Source of the DNA: Felis catus
Taxonomy: Eukaryota
DNA: 64,000 nucleotides
Assembly: GCF_018350175.1 (NCBI RefSeq)
Contig: NC_058383.1
Coordinates: 27,096,001 to 27,160,000, forward strand
Direction of reading: 5' to 3'
Shown here: positions 13,889-27,539 of the stretch, piece after piece
How the letters are laid out: the number at the start of each line of letters is the position of its first letter
Numbering within the stretch: the stretch's first letter is position 1
Made by a program: the position numbers and the translations under genes
The notes under the pieces: model-generated
Seen by the model: only the letters and a program-made list of their open reading frames with translations
Databases searched by the model: none
Told to the model about the DNA's origin: nothing

Positions 13889-14917
13889 CTTCTGTTTGGA
13901 CACTGTTTTATAACAACCCCAGATACCAGGCAGATACATTCTCCCTGCTCTCTGCTCCCTAGGGGGAAGATGTTGGGGTACACATGTCTGCCTCTAATAA
14001 ATTTTTAGCTCAGCCTTTAGATTTACTCTAAACTGTTTTCCTAGAGGTGGTCTGGGAGAAGGGAGGGCAAGGTATGGATCCTGGAGTGTTAAGTGCCTGT
14101 GTGTGCTGGGGCGGGGTTGAGATAGACAGAACCAGCATCATGAATGGCATCTTGATTAAAACAACCAGAGCCTCCAAACAGTCCCTTCTCAAGCGGGGGA
14201 TGGGCAAAACGAGGCTCCACCCACGAACTCCAGCTGCCCTGTGCTGCTAAATGACATATGCCCATGAACCTGGATTTTAAGCTTAAATTGTCTACAAGCC
14301 CACAGAGGCACATATTCTCCATCAAACAGTGGGGAGAAATTCCCAATTACCAATTACCCTATGTCCTTTCATAATGATACAGAAATTCCCTGAAGATAAT
14401 GGATGAGGAGGTTATCGACATTGAGAGAAAAGGTGATTTTCGCTGAAAAAGGATTAAAAGCTGATTACCTAATGTGTGTGCAGAATAGTAAAACCTGGCC
14501 CAGTGATGACAAGCCCATCATCCCTCTGGAGTGACGTGGGCAGTCAACCCTATCAGCTTGGCACTGCTCCAGATGTTGGTGAGGGATGTGGAAACCATCA
14601 AATGAGATGCGTTGTCTTGTCTGACCTAGACACACAGCCTGAGCCTGAGGCACAGCCAGGAAGAAATGGTAGACCGCTCACGAGAGGTGTCATGGACTCA
14701 ACAGAAGGGCAACCAACTCTGGAGTTTCCTGAAGTCAGAAATTAGGAGGAAAGGGAACTGGAGGCCAGAGAGCTGAATCGAGAACCCCCCAGTCAGGTCT
14801 GATAAGAAGGCTGCTGGCAACATTTCAGAACTGTGTCCACCCCCCCCCCCCCCCCACATTTCCAGATGGAGCTGGCACTGTTTCAGAACAGGCTGCAACT
14901 GTACACAACCAGGCTTC

Positions 14918-15284
14918 TGAAATGGACTGCATGTTTGCGTCTCCTCCAAAATCCATAGGTTGAAATCCTAGCCCCACAATGTGATGGTGTTAGGAGGTAG
15001 GGGCCTCTGGGAGGTGATTAGGCCAGGAGGGTGGAGCCCTCATGAATGGTATTAGTGCCCTGATAAAAGGGACCCCAGAGAGCTCCCATGCCCCTTCTGG
15101 GATTGAGCACAATGAAAACTGTCAGTATGTAATCTGCAACCCAGAAGAGGGCCCTCGCTAGAACCTGACCATTCTGACACCCCCATCTCAGACTTCCAGC
15201 CTCCAGAACCGTGGCAAGTACATTTTTGTCATTTAAAAGCCACCTAGTCTATTGTATTTTGTTATAGCAGTCTGGACTAAGACA
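14918..15284 (+). mobile_element. MaLR solo LTR (MLT1A-like)
   Basis: TG...CA termini (tgaaatggactgcatgtttg...gttatagcagtctggactaagaca) and internal gggtggagccctcatgaatgg. 5-bp flanks gcttc/ccttc. Confidence 0.85.
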
Positions 15285-15621
15285 CCTTCCCCTCACTGAG
15301 GTCTGAAAAGTGGTGACAGGCTCCCTGGAGCTTTTCAAATGCTTCCGGAAGCCATCAGGAAATGTTGAGTCCCAATGGCTGTCAATGCAGGGGCTAGTAC
15401 AGGTCCAGCAGAAGCCCTGGCTCTCTGTCTTTGAGATCACTGGAATTTCTATTGTGACCGATGAGGCCAACACTAATGTCTATCATGATACGATTAAAAA
15501 AATTAAAGAAAAACCCTCAAAATTAGAAAAGGGATTCTTCATATTGAAAAAGTGGTTATTACATGATTGATGACTGTAGAGGATCTGTCAAAAGTTGATG
15601 TGGGTGTGTCCTGAAAGAGCC

Positions 15622-15862
15622 AGCATATACAGTTGTGCGGGTTACACACTGCACAACCCTAGTGGGACACCATCAACACTGTAGGTCTGAGAGGTTTCAA
15701 ATTTTTTTTTTTTAAGTTTTCTGGAAAATGGCAGTGAAGGGTCTCGTTCTATCAAAATCAGTATATTGTGATGATTTTACGACCAATGGGAGCCAAGTGT
15801 CTTAGGGAAGAGCTGCCTTTTCTACTTTGCACAAATATGCTGTGTGGACTGCTAGTGGCAGT
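15622..15862. mobile_element. hAT-Tip100 relic (MER91-like)
   Basis: cagttgtgcgggttacacactgcacaac at one end and ctgccttttctactttgcacaaa at the other. Confidence 0.5.
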
Positions 15863-16082
15863 GTTGTATGCCTGTCTATTCCATACCAGAGGCCGGCTAT
15901 GACAGCACGGACCCTGGTGGCAGATGCAGTTCTCCAACTTCCTGGATATTTGCAGTCCTGGATGTTTGCAGGACTATGTATTGGACCCAGCATTGCTTTG
16001 CAAAACCTTCGGCAAAAATTCAGCATCTGCTTTGTGCCAAAGGCTAGAGCTGGCTCTTACCTTGCTGAGGAACTTTTCCTTA

Positions 16083-16397
<315 letters not shown>

Positions 16398-16414
16398 TTA
16401 CTGTGTGCCAAGTA

Positions 16415-16623
16415 TTTTTTTTTTTGATGTTTATTTATTTGAGAGAGAGGGAGAGAAGAAGTGGGGCAAGGGGCAGAGAGAGAGGGAGAGAGAGAATCTC
16501 AAGCAGGCTCCACGCTGTCAGTACAGAGCCTGATGTAGGGCTTGAACTCATGAACTGTGAGATCACGAACTGAGCTGAAACTAAGAGTCGGACACTTAAC
16601 TGACCGAGCTACCCAGGCACTGC
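16415..16623 (-). mobile_element. Can-SINE with perfect 16-bp target-site duplication, inserted in a MIR
   Basis: Reverse-oriented SINE. TSD tactgtgtgccaagta at 16399-16414 and 16624-16639. Confidence 0.95.
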
Positions 16624-16839
16624 TACTGTGTGCCAAGTACTGAGCCAGGGGCTCTATGTGTAGTTTGCCACTTTTTCTACACAAGTGAGACAGGTCTCTA
16701 TGTCCCCATGAGGCAAGCACTGTCAATATGCCCATTTTATGGGTGAGGGCGCTGATTAGAAGGTTTAGGGGGCTTGCCCAGTACAAGTAGATGGCAACAA
16801 TCATCTGCTATATCCACTTCTTCCCTACGGAACTTTTGA

Positions 16840-17336
16840 AATCGCCTTTTCGTGCCACGAATGCCTTAGCACTTTGGTGAATACAGCCTATGGATGCTCA
16901 TCTTGGAATAATGCTCTTAAAGGCATACCTCAAATATGTAGTATTAAAAAATATTACAAAAACCCCAGTTATGATGTAATTCATCTGGTTTTAGATTGAC
17001 ACAAGAAAGACAGGATTACAAAATATTTTTCAAAACACCAAATTTGTGTGTGTTTCTTTTGTAACACATGAGATAGCAAGATCCTGTGGCAGGTCTAACA
17101 ACTGGTGTAATTTTGCAGAAGAGGGGAGCATAAACGATACTTAGAGGTATACGCATCAATCACAGTGATATGAAAATACGTGATTCCTTACAGTTACCGC
17201 GAATACTGTTGTGGTTGGTTACCTCCATTTAGCTGGATTTCAATTAGAGTTCAGTGAAAATAAAGGCCACTTTCTTCCCAGCCAAAGTTGTGGGCCCCTA
17301 GAATTCTATCGGAGAACCCCAGATTAAGAACTCCTG
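16840..17336 (+). mobile_element. hAT-Charlie non-autonomous element relic
   Basis: cttttcgtgccacg...ggtgaa...cctatgga start, gttcagtgaaaataaag internally, ends ccccagattaagaactcctg. Confidence 0.6.
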
Positions 17337-17669
17337 CTCTGGAGTGTATACATATTTGGGATTTGCAAGGTGGGCAGAGCAGAATTGGCACTTCCTGTTT
17401 TGTAGATGCAGAAACCAAAGATCAAAGAGCTAGCACAACGGATGTGTTGGGAAGGTGGGCCAAACTAGAACCAAGCTTTCTGACGTGAACCCTCAGTTCC
17501 TTTGCAGTAGGAGACCCACGCCTGCTGTGTGCCAGGCACTGTGCTGGCCTGTTGCGGGGAAGGGAGAGGGAAGGATGTTGCTGTTCCTCAGGGTGCTGTC
17601 TCACTAGGACCTATAATCTCCTAACTATAGTCTCCTAACCCAGGGGCTTTGCTGCTTCCCCAGCTCCTA

Positions 17670-17965
17670 CAACATAAAATCAACCATTTTAAAGCATGTA
17701 ATTCAATGGCATTAATACATTGACCATGCTGTGCAACTGTCACCCACGTATTCTCAAAATATTTAAGCACTCCCAAAGGACACCCTATACCCATAAGTAG
17801 TCACTCCATGTCTGCCTTCCTTCTAACCCCTAGCAACTATCAATCTGCTTTCTGTATCTATGGATTTACCAACTCTGGACATTTCATACAGATTCACACA
17901 TACAATATGTGGCCTCTTTGGGTCTGGCTTTCTCTACCAACAATAATGTTTCCAAGGCTTCATCC
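17670..17965 (-). mobile_element. L1 3' end (L1MB-like)
   Basis: accattttaaagcatgtaattcaatggcatt...ctgctttctgtatctatggattt...ctggacatttcata. Confidence 0.75.
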
Positions 17966-18530
17966 TGTGTTTCTGTCTACCCAGCATCCACTCCTCATTC
18001 TTCTGAGAACCACACCTTGATTTTACTTTGGACAGCCACCTATCTTTAACTCTCACTTAACTTGGGTTTGCGCCCCACCCCCAGCACCAAGCGGTGGCGA
18101 CACGACCCAGCCTGGTCAGTCAGAGTATTCCATCTGCCTGGCTGCCATAACTGATTCAGGGATGGGTGAGTAACTCAAGCTAACTCTGAGATTGGGCCCT
18201 GGAGTTTTGCTGGATCTGCTGGGAAGGAGGGCTCTTCAAAGGCATTTTCAGCTGAGAGAATGTAAGCCTAGAGCAGCTGGCAGCCATCCTGTCACCATGA
18301 GTACAAAGGTTGTTTGACAGTGGAGGTAACACAGAAAACAGAGAGAGGAAGGGAAAGAGAGAGGGGGAGAAGGGGAGGGAGGGAGGGAGGGAAGGAGAGA
18401 GGGAGGGACAGTCTTGATGACTATGCTTGAGACCCTGGATCCCACTGTGCCTGACTCACCCGGACTCCTCAGTAACGTGCTTAGGGCATTTTGAAATGGG
18501 ATTCTGTCATTTGCCGTTGAAAAAGTCCTA
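17966..18530 (+). mobile_element. Old MaLR LTR (MLT1J/K-like) containing a GA-rich tract
   Basis: gattcagggatggg, taagcctagagcagctggcagccatc, ccctggatcc and gggattctgtcatttgc motifs. Confidence 0.55.
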
Positions 18531-19122
18531 TATATTCCTGAACAACTTAAACTTTTATCACTACCATGATGGATGTGAATCATCTCAGTCTCTAGAGAAA
18601 GCAGATAGCCATGGACGTGGCACATAAATACCTCTCTTCCACTATGCCAGTCTGCACCTCCATCATGTGTCTTAGAGGCCTTTGAACCTGCATGTCTTCA
18701 GATTAGAGTTACCAGTCCCCAACCAGGTAGATGCTATTATCATTAGAACTGACTCTGGATTCCTCCTTTCTGCTTTCCTCACAGTTCCTAGGACAGTGCA
18801 AGGCAGTGACTCGGGAAAGATCTACCGTGATGCCCAGACTTCAGGGTATAAAAGCTGTAGATAGTTCCATTGTGCTGGACATGCTGAATTCTACAAAGAA
18901 TCCCTCCCAGTGTGTCCTCCCAAATCCACTAGCATCCACTGGAGGGAAGTGTGTGGAACCTCACTAATAAATCCATATCCCCAGTACTTTCCTCCTGCTT
19001 AAGGAGAGAACCTGCCCACAGATACTGGTCACTCACTGAGCATCATGATCAGTAATTCAGCATTCAGTAATCCACTCAATTCTTAGCAAAACTGATGAAT
19101 GTATTAAAAATGTTGATGACTT

Positions 19123-19565
19123 CATTTTTTTAATATAATTTATTGCCAAGTTAGCTAACATACCATGTGTGCAATGTGCTCTTGGCCTAGGGTGTAGATT
19201 CCCATGATGCATCGTTTACATACAACACCCAGTGCTTGTCCCAACCAGTGCCCTCCTCAATGCCCGTCACCCATTTCCCCCTCCCCCCCCCCATCAACCC
19301 TCAGTTTGTTCTCTGTATTTAAGAGTCTCTTATGGTTTGCCTCTGTCTCTGTTTGAAAGTATTTTTTCCCCTTCTCTTCCCCCATGGTCTTCTGTTAAGT
19401 TTCTCAAATTCCACATACGAGCAAAAACATTATGATATCTGTCTTCTCTGACTTACTTCACTTAGCATAATACCCTCCAGTACCATCCATGTTGTTGCAA
19501 ATGGCAAGATTTAATTGTTTCTCATTGCTGAGTAGTACTCCATTGTATATATAAACCACATCTTT
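19123..19565 (-). mobile_element. Carnivore/felid L1 3' UTR fragment, 5'-truncated, with TSD
   Basis: tacaacacccagtgcttgtcccaaccagtgccctcctcaatgcccgtcaccca...aaccctcagtttgttctctgtatttaagagtctcttatggtttg. TSD atgttg(a/c)tgactt at 19110-19122 and 19566-19578. Confidence 0.9.
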
Positions 19566-21379
19566 ATGTTGCTGACTTATTCTGCTGAAATGTGCTTTCC
19601 ATCTACATGGTGGTGTAGCTCTACCAGTAACGAGTTGAGTGACTTTGGAAAGTGATGACCCTGAGTCTTAGTTTCCCTTTTGGTAACATAACTTTGGAAA
19701 GTGATGACCAAAGTTGGGCTAGGTCTGGATTGTAATATTAAATGCCTACAGGAGTCAGACGGATAATGGAAGCATCTGAGGCAGGCTGGGTAGAAGACCA
19801 CAGGGTTGGTGGAGTCAGCAAAGTAGAGAAGGCAGTTTTTGACAAGCACTCAAATTCATTAAAAAAAAAAAAAGGTGCTCTGATTAAATAAAACATATCC
19901 CTAGCCTTGAAGCCAGCACATGGGCCATCAGTCATAACAACCATGGGTTAGGTAATCGTAAGGTACTTCCCAGCTGTGACATTCTCTAAGTCACTCTGTT
20001 ATATCCAGGAAGAGGGGGTGGGGCAGGCATTCCAGACAGATACATGGGATCCCAGAGAAGGCTGACAAATTTTCCACAGACACACAGAAGATACAAGCCA
20101 ACCAGAAGACCCAGGTATCCTTCCTAACACATTTCCAAGTGCAAATCCATGCTGTCAGCAAAGCCACGTTCTCTCTGGGAGTCACTCGAAGGTTTTCCAA
20201 TATACTTATCGTATCACTCCACTGACACAAAACTCAGCTCTAACTGGGTCCATTAAAGGAAGCCCCTGAGTTTAGAAAAATAAAATCCTACCTCAGCTCT
20301 GTCTGGTGCTAATTATATAATAATATTAAATTGCAGACACTTAACCCTGCTTAAACCTTTGAATTTTAGGTAACTTCTATGAGAACTTAGGTGGTAGCCA
20401 AGACTAACTCACTCAGAGAGAGAAAGAAACAAAATTCAGGTGTTGAGGACATGCAAAAGTTTTCTTTCCATAGGCCAGCCTTTTAATTTTGTGTTCCATT
20501 ATGTGGGAGAATAGCATCGTCTTGCAATTTTAATGTGATGTCCCAGACCATAATATCCAAATACAATATTTATGCAGTAATCTCCAAAATGAAATATTCA
20601 TGGGGTGGGAGATTGGTTGCTATATTTACTTGCATTTGAAAACTGATAAGCTGCAAATGCATGCTTTGGTTAATTATGAGTAAACAGAGACAAACAATCC
20701 CCCCAGGTCTCAGTTCCTGGGTTAAGAGGGGCATCTGGACTGGGATAAAGCGGCAGAGGCCCAGAGTCTGGGTATTTAGCAGGGGAAAGGAATCAACTGC
20801 GTGGACAGTGATTTGCATTTTGTTTTCTACCCTATGCATTTGCCATCTCTTGAAAAAGGGAATGGCTGGAAATCAAGGTAAGTAGGCAAATACCTGGGTG
20901 TGCCTTTTCATAAATGTTGGTTCAGCAGTCAAGGGTGTGTGATTCTCTACCTGAGGGGTGGAGAGCAGATTTATTTAAGCACTGGGCCAAACACACAGAA
21001 GATGACCAAAGACACTCTCTTATATTTAGTTTCATTTCCAGATGATTTGATTATGTGAGGGCAACCGAGTCAACAGGTGGAATTCAGAGCAGACAAAAAA
21101 AGGATCTGGGTACTAATGATGACTCTGTCTTCGCAGATGGGGAAATATGGGGTTGGCTTGACTCTCTGGAATGCCAGTTTCCTCATCTGGAAGTTGAGTT
21201 CCATGACACCTGTGCTGACACCCTCCTGAATCAGCTGTGAAAGGCTGACAGATGAGGTTTACAAAGGTCCTTGCTAAGTATTCAGTAAACACTATTCATT
21301 CCAGCAATGGACTGAGCCAGTCATTACACAGTGAACCATTCTTACATAGCAATTATACCCTCCCAGAATCCCTCACATC

Positions 21380-21600
21380 TGTGACCACCATTTCATGCTT
21401 TATTTTTCTCCATAGAACTTAAAAATTTGTACTACTGTATACAAGGTATTTATTTAGTTTACTGTCTCCTTACTAGATGTAAGTCCCAAGAAGGCAGAGA
21501 GTTTTTTGCCTGTTTTTGTTCAAAGCTGTATCCTTAGTGCCTAGACTAGTACCTAGCATACAGTAGGTGCTCAATAAGTATTTACTGAGCCAATGAATAA
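21380..21600 (+). mobile_element. LINE-2 3' end
   Basis: actagatgtaagtcccaagaaggcagag...cctagcatacagtaggtgctcaataagtatttactga. Confidence 0.75.
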
Positions 21601-23509
21601 AGGGAGGAGTAAAAGCCATGAAATTGTTCAATAAGGAAGTAGCAGCCCTTAACCAGGTATCTGATTCTTCTAACAAACATTTGAGACACAAAGGAACTCA
21701 ATCCAAGAAGGTTAAGGGCGTTCCCCAAAGTCACACAGCTAACAGTCCTGGACTCGAATCCAGGTCTGGATGAATCCATGCAAGCTCTTAACTGCTCTGT
21801 CCTGATTGCCAGGGTCCTTGTAAAAGGATCCAAAGGGAGTATCTGAGAATTTTCACTACCTCAAAAAGACACGGTGCTGAAATGAGAAAACTGACAGAAA
21901 AGGGCTCATTGTTGGTCTTGGAAGAGCTCCCTGCCAGATGTCATAAAGACTTCTGTCTTCAGAACAGACTACCTGAGGGCAAACATGGAATCAATTGCAT
22001 TTGGTTTTACCTCCTAGGATTTCAGGGAGGGGTGGTTTGCCTTCCAGGGACTTTCTCTACTGGCACGATATGGAACAAAGTCATAACTAAATAGGATTCT
22101 ACTGAGATGTCATAGGGACCAAGTTCTACTCAGCTGAGCATCAAAGGAAATTGGATGGAAGGGGACAGGGGTCCTCATTCTCATCCGTGTGTGAAAAGGT
22201 CAGTTAAGAAACCTTCTGTAGCCTTTGAACATGATCTCAGAAAAGGCAGACAATGAAGGTCTCTTAATTCAGTTAATTCCCTGGCTACAGTCTTGGCATA
22301 TTCATTGAGTGTGGAATTATTCCAGAACTGTCTCGTCCTATAATGAGTATGAAAAGGAAGAACTCTGCTCCTCAGATTTTACAGCGTGTCTGAGTAAGAA
22401 GGAATCTTAGCAATCAGTTAATATAATTAATTCTATAGATTGAAAAAAAAAAACCCAACACACTGAGAGGATGTATGATTCAAAGACATCCAAAGTCACA
22501 TAGCCTAGGAAAAAAATCTCCCCTTCTTCTCTTTTCCTGTCCAGTGATCTGTCACTGAATCCAGATTACTCCTTTAGCCTAAGTACAACCTAAGCATTTT
22601 AGTTAAAAAATAAAGTCATGGAACAAAGCACGAAAGCCCACAGTGTATGAAATCAGCCAGCTATGTGAATGTGCTGACATGTAACAGCCGTATAATGCAG
22701 GGGCCAAGCTTTGGACTACACAATTCACTTGCTGGGTAGGCCACCAACCTTGGATGACCTGAACACGTAACTTCACATGGAAAATGGTGATGATAATAAC
22801 ACTTACTTCAGAGGGCTAGTGCAAAAGTTTAAATGAGATTATACATAGAAACGGCTTAGGGTAGTGCTCAACACACTGTAAGTGCTCCATAAATATTCAC
22901 CAAGATGCTTAATATTTTTCCTTCATCAAGCTACAAATTTAAAATTTCTATCTCTCCTCTTCTCTCTCCTGTGATTTGGTAGACAGGAATGGGCAGGACA
23001 CCTCCAGAACTAATTACACACCTCTATGTCCAGAAAAAGCAAAGATATTTCAGCACCAAGGACAGAAGCCCAGAGCCCCACACAAACAGTGAACTTCATC
23101 TCCTGTGATTATTTTAATAAGCAATGCCCATGGTTGTGGTAGTGGAGGTGACAAGGGTCATGGGCACCTTTCTAATTCTGTCCGAGCAGTATGAATACAT
23201 CATCTTTTCATGCTACCAGTCAGCAAGGATTCAGCTCATTGGGACCTAGTCTGGCAGCTCCACAGAGACCCTACTGGCTGTTTCTTTCAGGCCCAGGCTG
23301 GGTTGTCCCCTTTCCTGACCTAGGCTGGGGTCAACTGTTATGCCTCTACTCTGAAGTACCTGGAAGAACAGGGGGCTTGGAGCATTCACTCGTTCAGCAG
23401 CTCCAGAGAGCATCTTCACTACCCCAGGTCTGTGTGCTGAGAATCTGGTTGTGAACAAGATGGACATCATCCCTACCCTTCTCCATCTTCCAGGGAGAGA
23501 CATAAAAAA

Positions 23510-23750
23510 TAGAATAACACCTACCATTTATTGAGCACCTGCTACTTTCCAGATCCCATTCCTCACACTAAATCCATATTCTCTCATTTAGTCTTTACTA
23601 CAACCCTAGGAAGGTTCATTTTACAAATGAAGGAACAGAGACACGGCTAAGTAATTTCCCCAGAGCCATACAGCTGGTTAGTGCCAAGGGTGTGATTCTA
23701 ACCTTAGCCGTCAGGCTCTGGACCCCACACTTTTAGCCGTTGAGCTATAA
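23510..23750 (-). mobile_element. MIR
   Basis: accatttattgagcacct...ctcatttagtctttactacaaccctagg...cattttacaaatgaaggaacagagaca core. Confidence 0.7.
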
Positions 23751-26700
23751 TCCTGCTCTTAATAACTAAGTAAGTAGACACAAAGAGCCACAAAACACAT
23801 TAATATGTAATTAGATGTTTGTGATAAGTGCTATATAGAAAAACTCAAGGGCGCAGTGACAGAAAATAAAGAGACAGAGACGTCATTAGTGAAGATTGTT
23901 GGGGAAGGGCTTCACTGACGAGGTGGCATTGAAGCTTCATGTCAAGGATGAGGAGGAATCAGTCATCTGAAGATTTGGGGGCAAGAGCTTTACTGGGGAC
24001 CAAAACAGCATGTGCAAGAGCTCAAATGAATGGAAAGAAGTCAAGGTGGCTGGAGTGAGAGCCTTGCTGACACATCTGAGCAGGTCAACTGCGAGAGAGG
24101 CAGACCCTACCTGGCGGGAATGCATCATTTACCTGGATATGGCAGGAAGCCCCACAGTGAACATGCTGAGGGAATCAGCGTGATACAGAGGCTAGGAGTA
24201 CAGACCCTGGGGCCAGATTTCCTGGGTTCTAGTCAGCCTCCCCACTTATAATCTGTGTGTTTAACTTAGCTAGCCTCTGGGCTCCCATCTGAAAACTGAG
24301 CCTGACAGGACTGCATTTCCATCATGGGGTAGTTTTGAGACTTGCAAGAAGTAACCTCACTAAGGCATTTAGGACAGTCCCCGGCACACAGGAAACCCTT
24401 CACATGTGACTGTTATTACTGCCTTGTGCGAAGAAAGTGGACTTGTGTTTGATATCCAAGGGTGGGGGAAAAAAGAAGACTCAAAAGAGATGCCAAGTCA
24501 GGGGCCCAAATCCTGGGACCCAGAATCCCCTGACTTGGTAGCCATATGGTTTTCATGGTGCTTGGTGCCCAATCAGCTTCTACTTCCAAGAGGCTAAAGG
24601 TCCACTGAAGGCTAAGTGGTTTTCCACAATTTTTCACACATTTTAAAAAACAGTGCTTATTGCCTTTTGTTCTGTTTATAAATGTAATGCACATCCTTCA
24701 CGGAAAACTTAGAAGAGAAAGAGAAAGCAAAGAAAAAAAAAATCAAAGTCCACCTCTCAGAGATGACACCCTGAACATACTTTTGTCCTAGTCTTTTGTC
24801 TAACTTCGATGTGTATTGTTTTGGAAAAAGAAAAGTTCCCAAGTTGACCTCAAAACGCATGTGGGGGCCAAGAAAGGAGATGCATACACAGCTTTGTGTG
24901 GGTGCTGGTGCAACGCAAAGCTTTATTTTGACATGCCTGCTATAATTGGATTAAATACAGTGAACATGCAAACAGTGATAAATGCACTGGTTGGGTTTAA
25001 GAAAAGCAAAGGGGAAATGCAATCTGCTTTCCCCATTGGAAATGAGATATTAATTATCTCCTCACATCAATCATGGTGCTATAAGACAGCTGGGGAGAGA
25101 GCCCATCTCTTGATAAGCAAGTTGGCACCAAAGGGCCTCCTGAGCACAGATTTGCTTGGAGGAGGTTCCTGGCCAGGCTCTCAATGGATTTGCCAACTAT
25201 TGGCTAAACAGTTGCCTGTTTATACATCAAGGGAGGTGTGGGTCTGAAGATGAGTTCAATGTCAGAGAGAAAGGGCTGCTGAAGCTGCTTGGCTGTCATT
25301 CTGGTGCCCAGCCGGGGGGAGCGCTGTTTAGAGCAGGTGGGGTCCAGACCTGACAGCTGGAAGAAACTTGCTGATGTCACCTCCAACCTCAGGGCTGGGA
25401 CCCCTCCTGGTTTCCTACTGGTCTAGCCTTCTTACCCATCAAACGCTAGTTTCCATAAGAATTGGAGGAGTGCTTGCAAAATGTTAATCATATGTATGCC
25501 ATTTTCAAGATTCTTCTCCATCATCACTGTCACTAAGTTGACACGCCCAACTAATTGTTACAAGAGTTTATCCCTATATTCTCCCATTGAATTCTTCTAA
25601 CAACTCTGACACACAGGTGCTTGATGTCACTCAGCCAAGGTCATACACCTAGAATCCAGAGTGTGGATTCCTACCTGCTGTGCCAAGTGCTTTATGTATA
25701 GCACTTACAGGAAAGCTCCCTTAATAATTTTCCCTAAATCAACTTTGAATAGCTTCAACGGTGTTTTTTTTTTTTTTTTTTCAAACTGAGTCTTACTCTC
25801 AGCATAACTTCTATGAAACCATGGGGCAGACGGCTAATTCTATCAATTGTTGTTGATATACTTGAGATCAGTACCTAGCTTTCCCAGCACTCCTGTCTGT
25901 GAAGTACCTGAATCCACCTGTCACGCTACGGGTGGATGGGGAACACTTTGGAAGACACCGACTCTAGAAAGGAGGAGAAGAACCTGATCTTTCCTCTCCT
26001 CATCATTTCAACAATACTTCTGCTTAAAGTTAGCAGGATTCTGCTCTTTCAGTTGTACGCCCCAAAGGCAAAACTGCAGGTCCTGTCAGATGTGGTCATG
26101 AATCACGGCGTGATAAAATCAGGCCTTAAAAGCCAGACCGAGCCATGTTCCAGTCCCAGCTCTGCGGTCTGCTTGCTGTGGAACCTTAAGCAAGTAAAAT
26201 CAACTCTCTAAGCCTCAGCTGTACTCATCTCGAAGATCTCACTTGCCAAGTGAGCTGGGAATGAGACAACACACCAGAAAGTGCCTGGTTCAGGGCCTTC
26301 CCAGGGTCAGCGAGGACACTCCGTCCTCCACAATGCCCATCTTCCTATTCACATTTTATAAAGATGAGGAAACAGAGGCTTGGAGAGTCAAAGCCATCTG
26401 TTGAAGTCCTATGGCCATCACATGAGCAAGCCAGCATTTCAACACAGGTGCCAGGCCTCCAATGTTCATGTACCTGCCCCTGTACCACAATGTGTCCCTG
26501 GGCTCAGCATGGGGACCTGTGGACCTTGGATCAGCAAGAGAGCTCAGATGGACTGAGGCAGAGAAAGTGTCAGAGGAAACCCTATTCTGGCTGGTGGAAA
26601 GGATCTTCCCTTTCTAGCCCCTATCAGACCACCCCCTGCCCCGGGCCCCCGCAACAATCAGGTTGCAGACATTTGGGAAACTTCTCCAATGCTCCCTGAG

Positions 26701-27539
26701 CAGAAGCGAGGAGTTCCAGGGTAACTGCAAGGACATATTTAGTTTGCAAGGACATATTTAGTCCCTCAGTGAGCTTTAGGACACCTGCTTCTGCTCACCC
26801 TACAGAGGCTAACTGGGAAAACAGTAACTGTGCTGCGTGCCTTTCGTTGCATCGACTTTATTTTTGGAGGAAAGCAAGGAGAAATGGTGAACACAACACT
26901 CCCCTTCATTTAATTACAGGAACAGTCAGGACCAATTTGGCAGCTATTAAAATATTAGTTTGCCTTTATGCCATCCCTGCGGAGCAGGAGCTGGGAATCC
27001 ACACTGGCTGCCAAGGGCTGGAGATGGGGACAGAAGGTCAACACTGCTATTAGGAGCCACGTGGAACTAAAAACCGAGGCACCCTGTGGCCTATTTTGTA
27101 TCTTACTGCTTGTTTTTGGTCCCTCCACATCGTTTGATCTTTTAAACTCTTTGCCTTTGTCACAATGTCTTTTACAAGGGCTGGTCCAGGAGCAGAGAGC
27201 ATCAGAAGGAGAAGTGCCTCCGGAGACCATCTTATTCATCCACTTTTCTTTTTTCAAAGGGAGAAAGGGAAGCCCAGAGAAGCAGAGTCGCTGCCTGAAA
27301 GCCACCCAGCATCCTGGAGGAAAGCAGGCCCAGAATACAGACAGGCTGCATCATACAAGGGTTATGAGCTTGGGCTCTGGGGACACAGGCACCTGGGCCG
27401 GAGTCCTAGCACTGCTGTAACTATGTGGGCTTCACCAAATTACTTCACCTGAGTCTCAGTTTCCCCGTCTCTAAAACGAAGCTACTAAGTCACCATTGGA
27501 GCCAGAAAATCCAACCAACACAAAGGAAAATAGAACTAA

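Noticed and set aside
19642..19709. Repeat-spacer-repeat arrangement resembling a minimal CRISPR array
   Set aside because: Only two 19-bp copies in a mammalian intron, derived from a MIR, with no cas genes. A local duplication explains it better.
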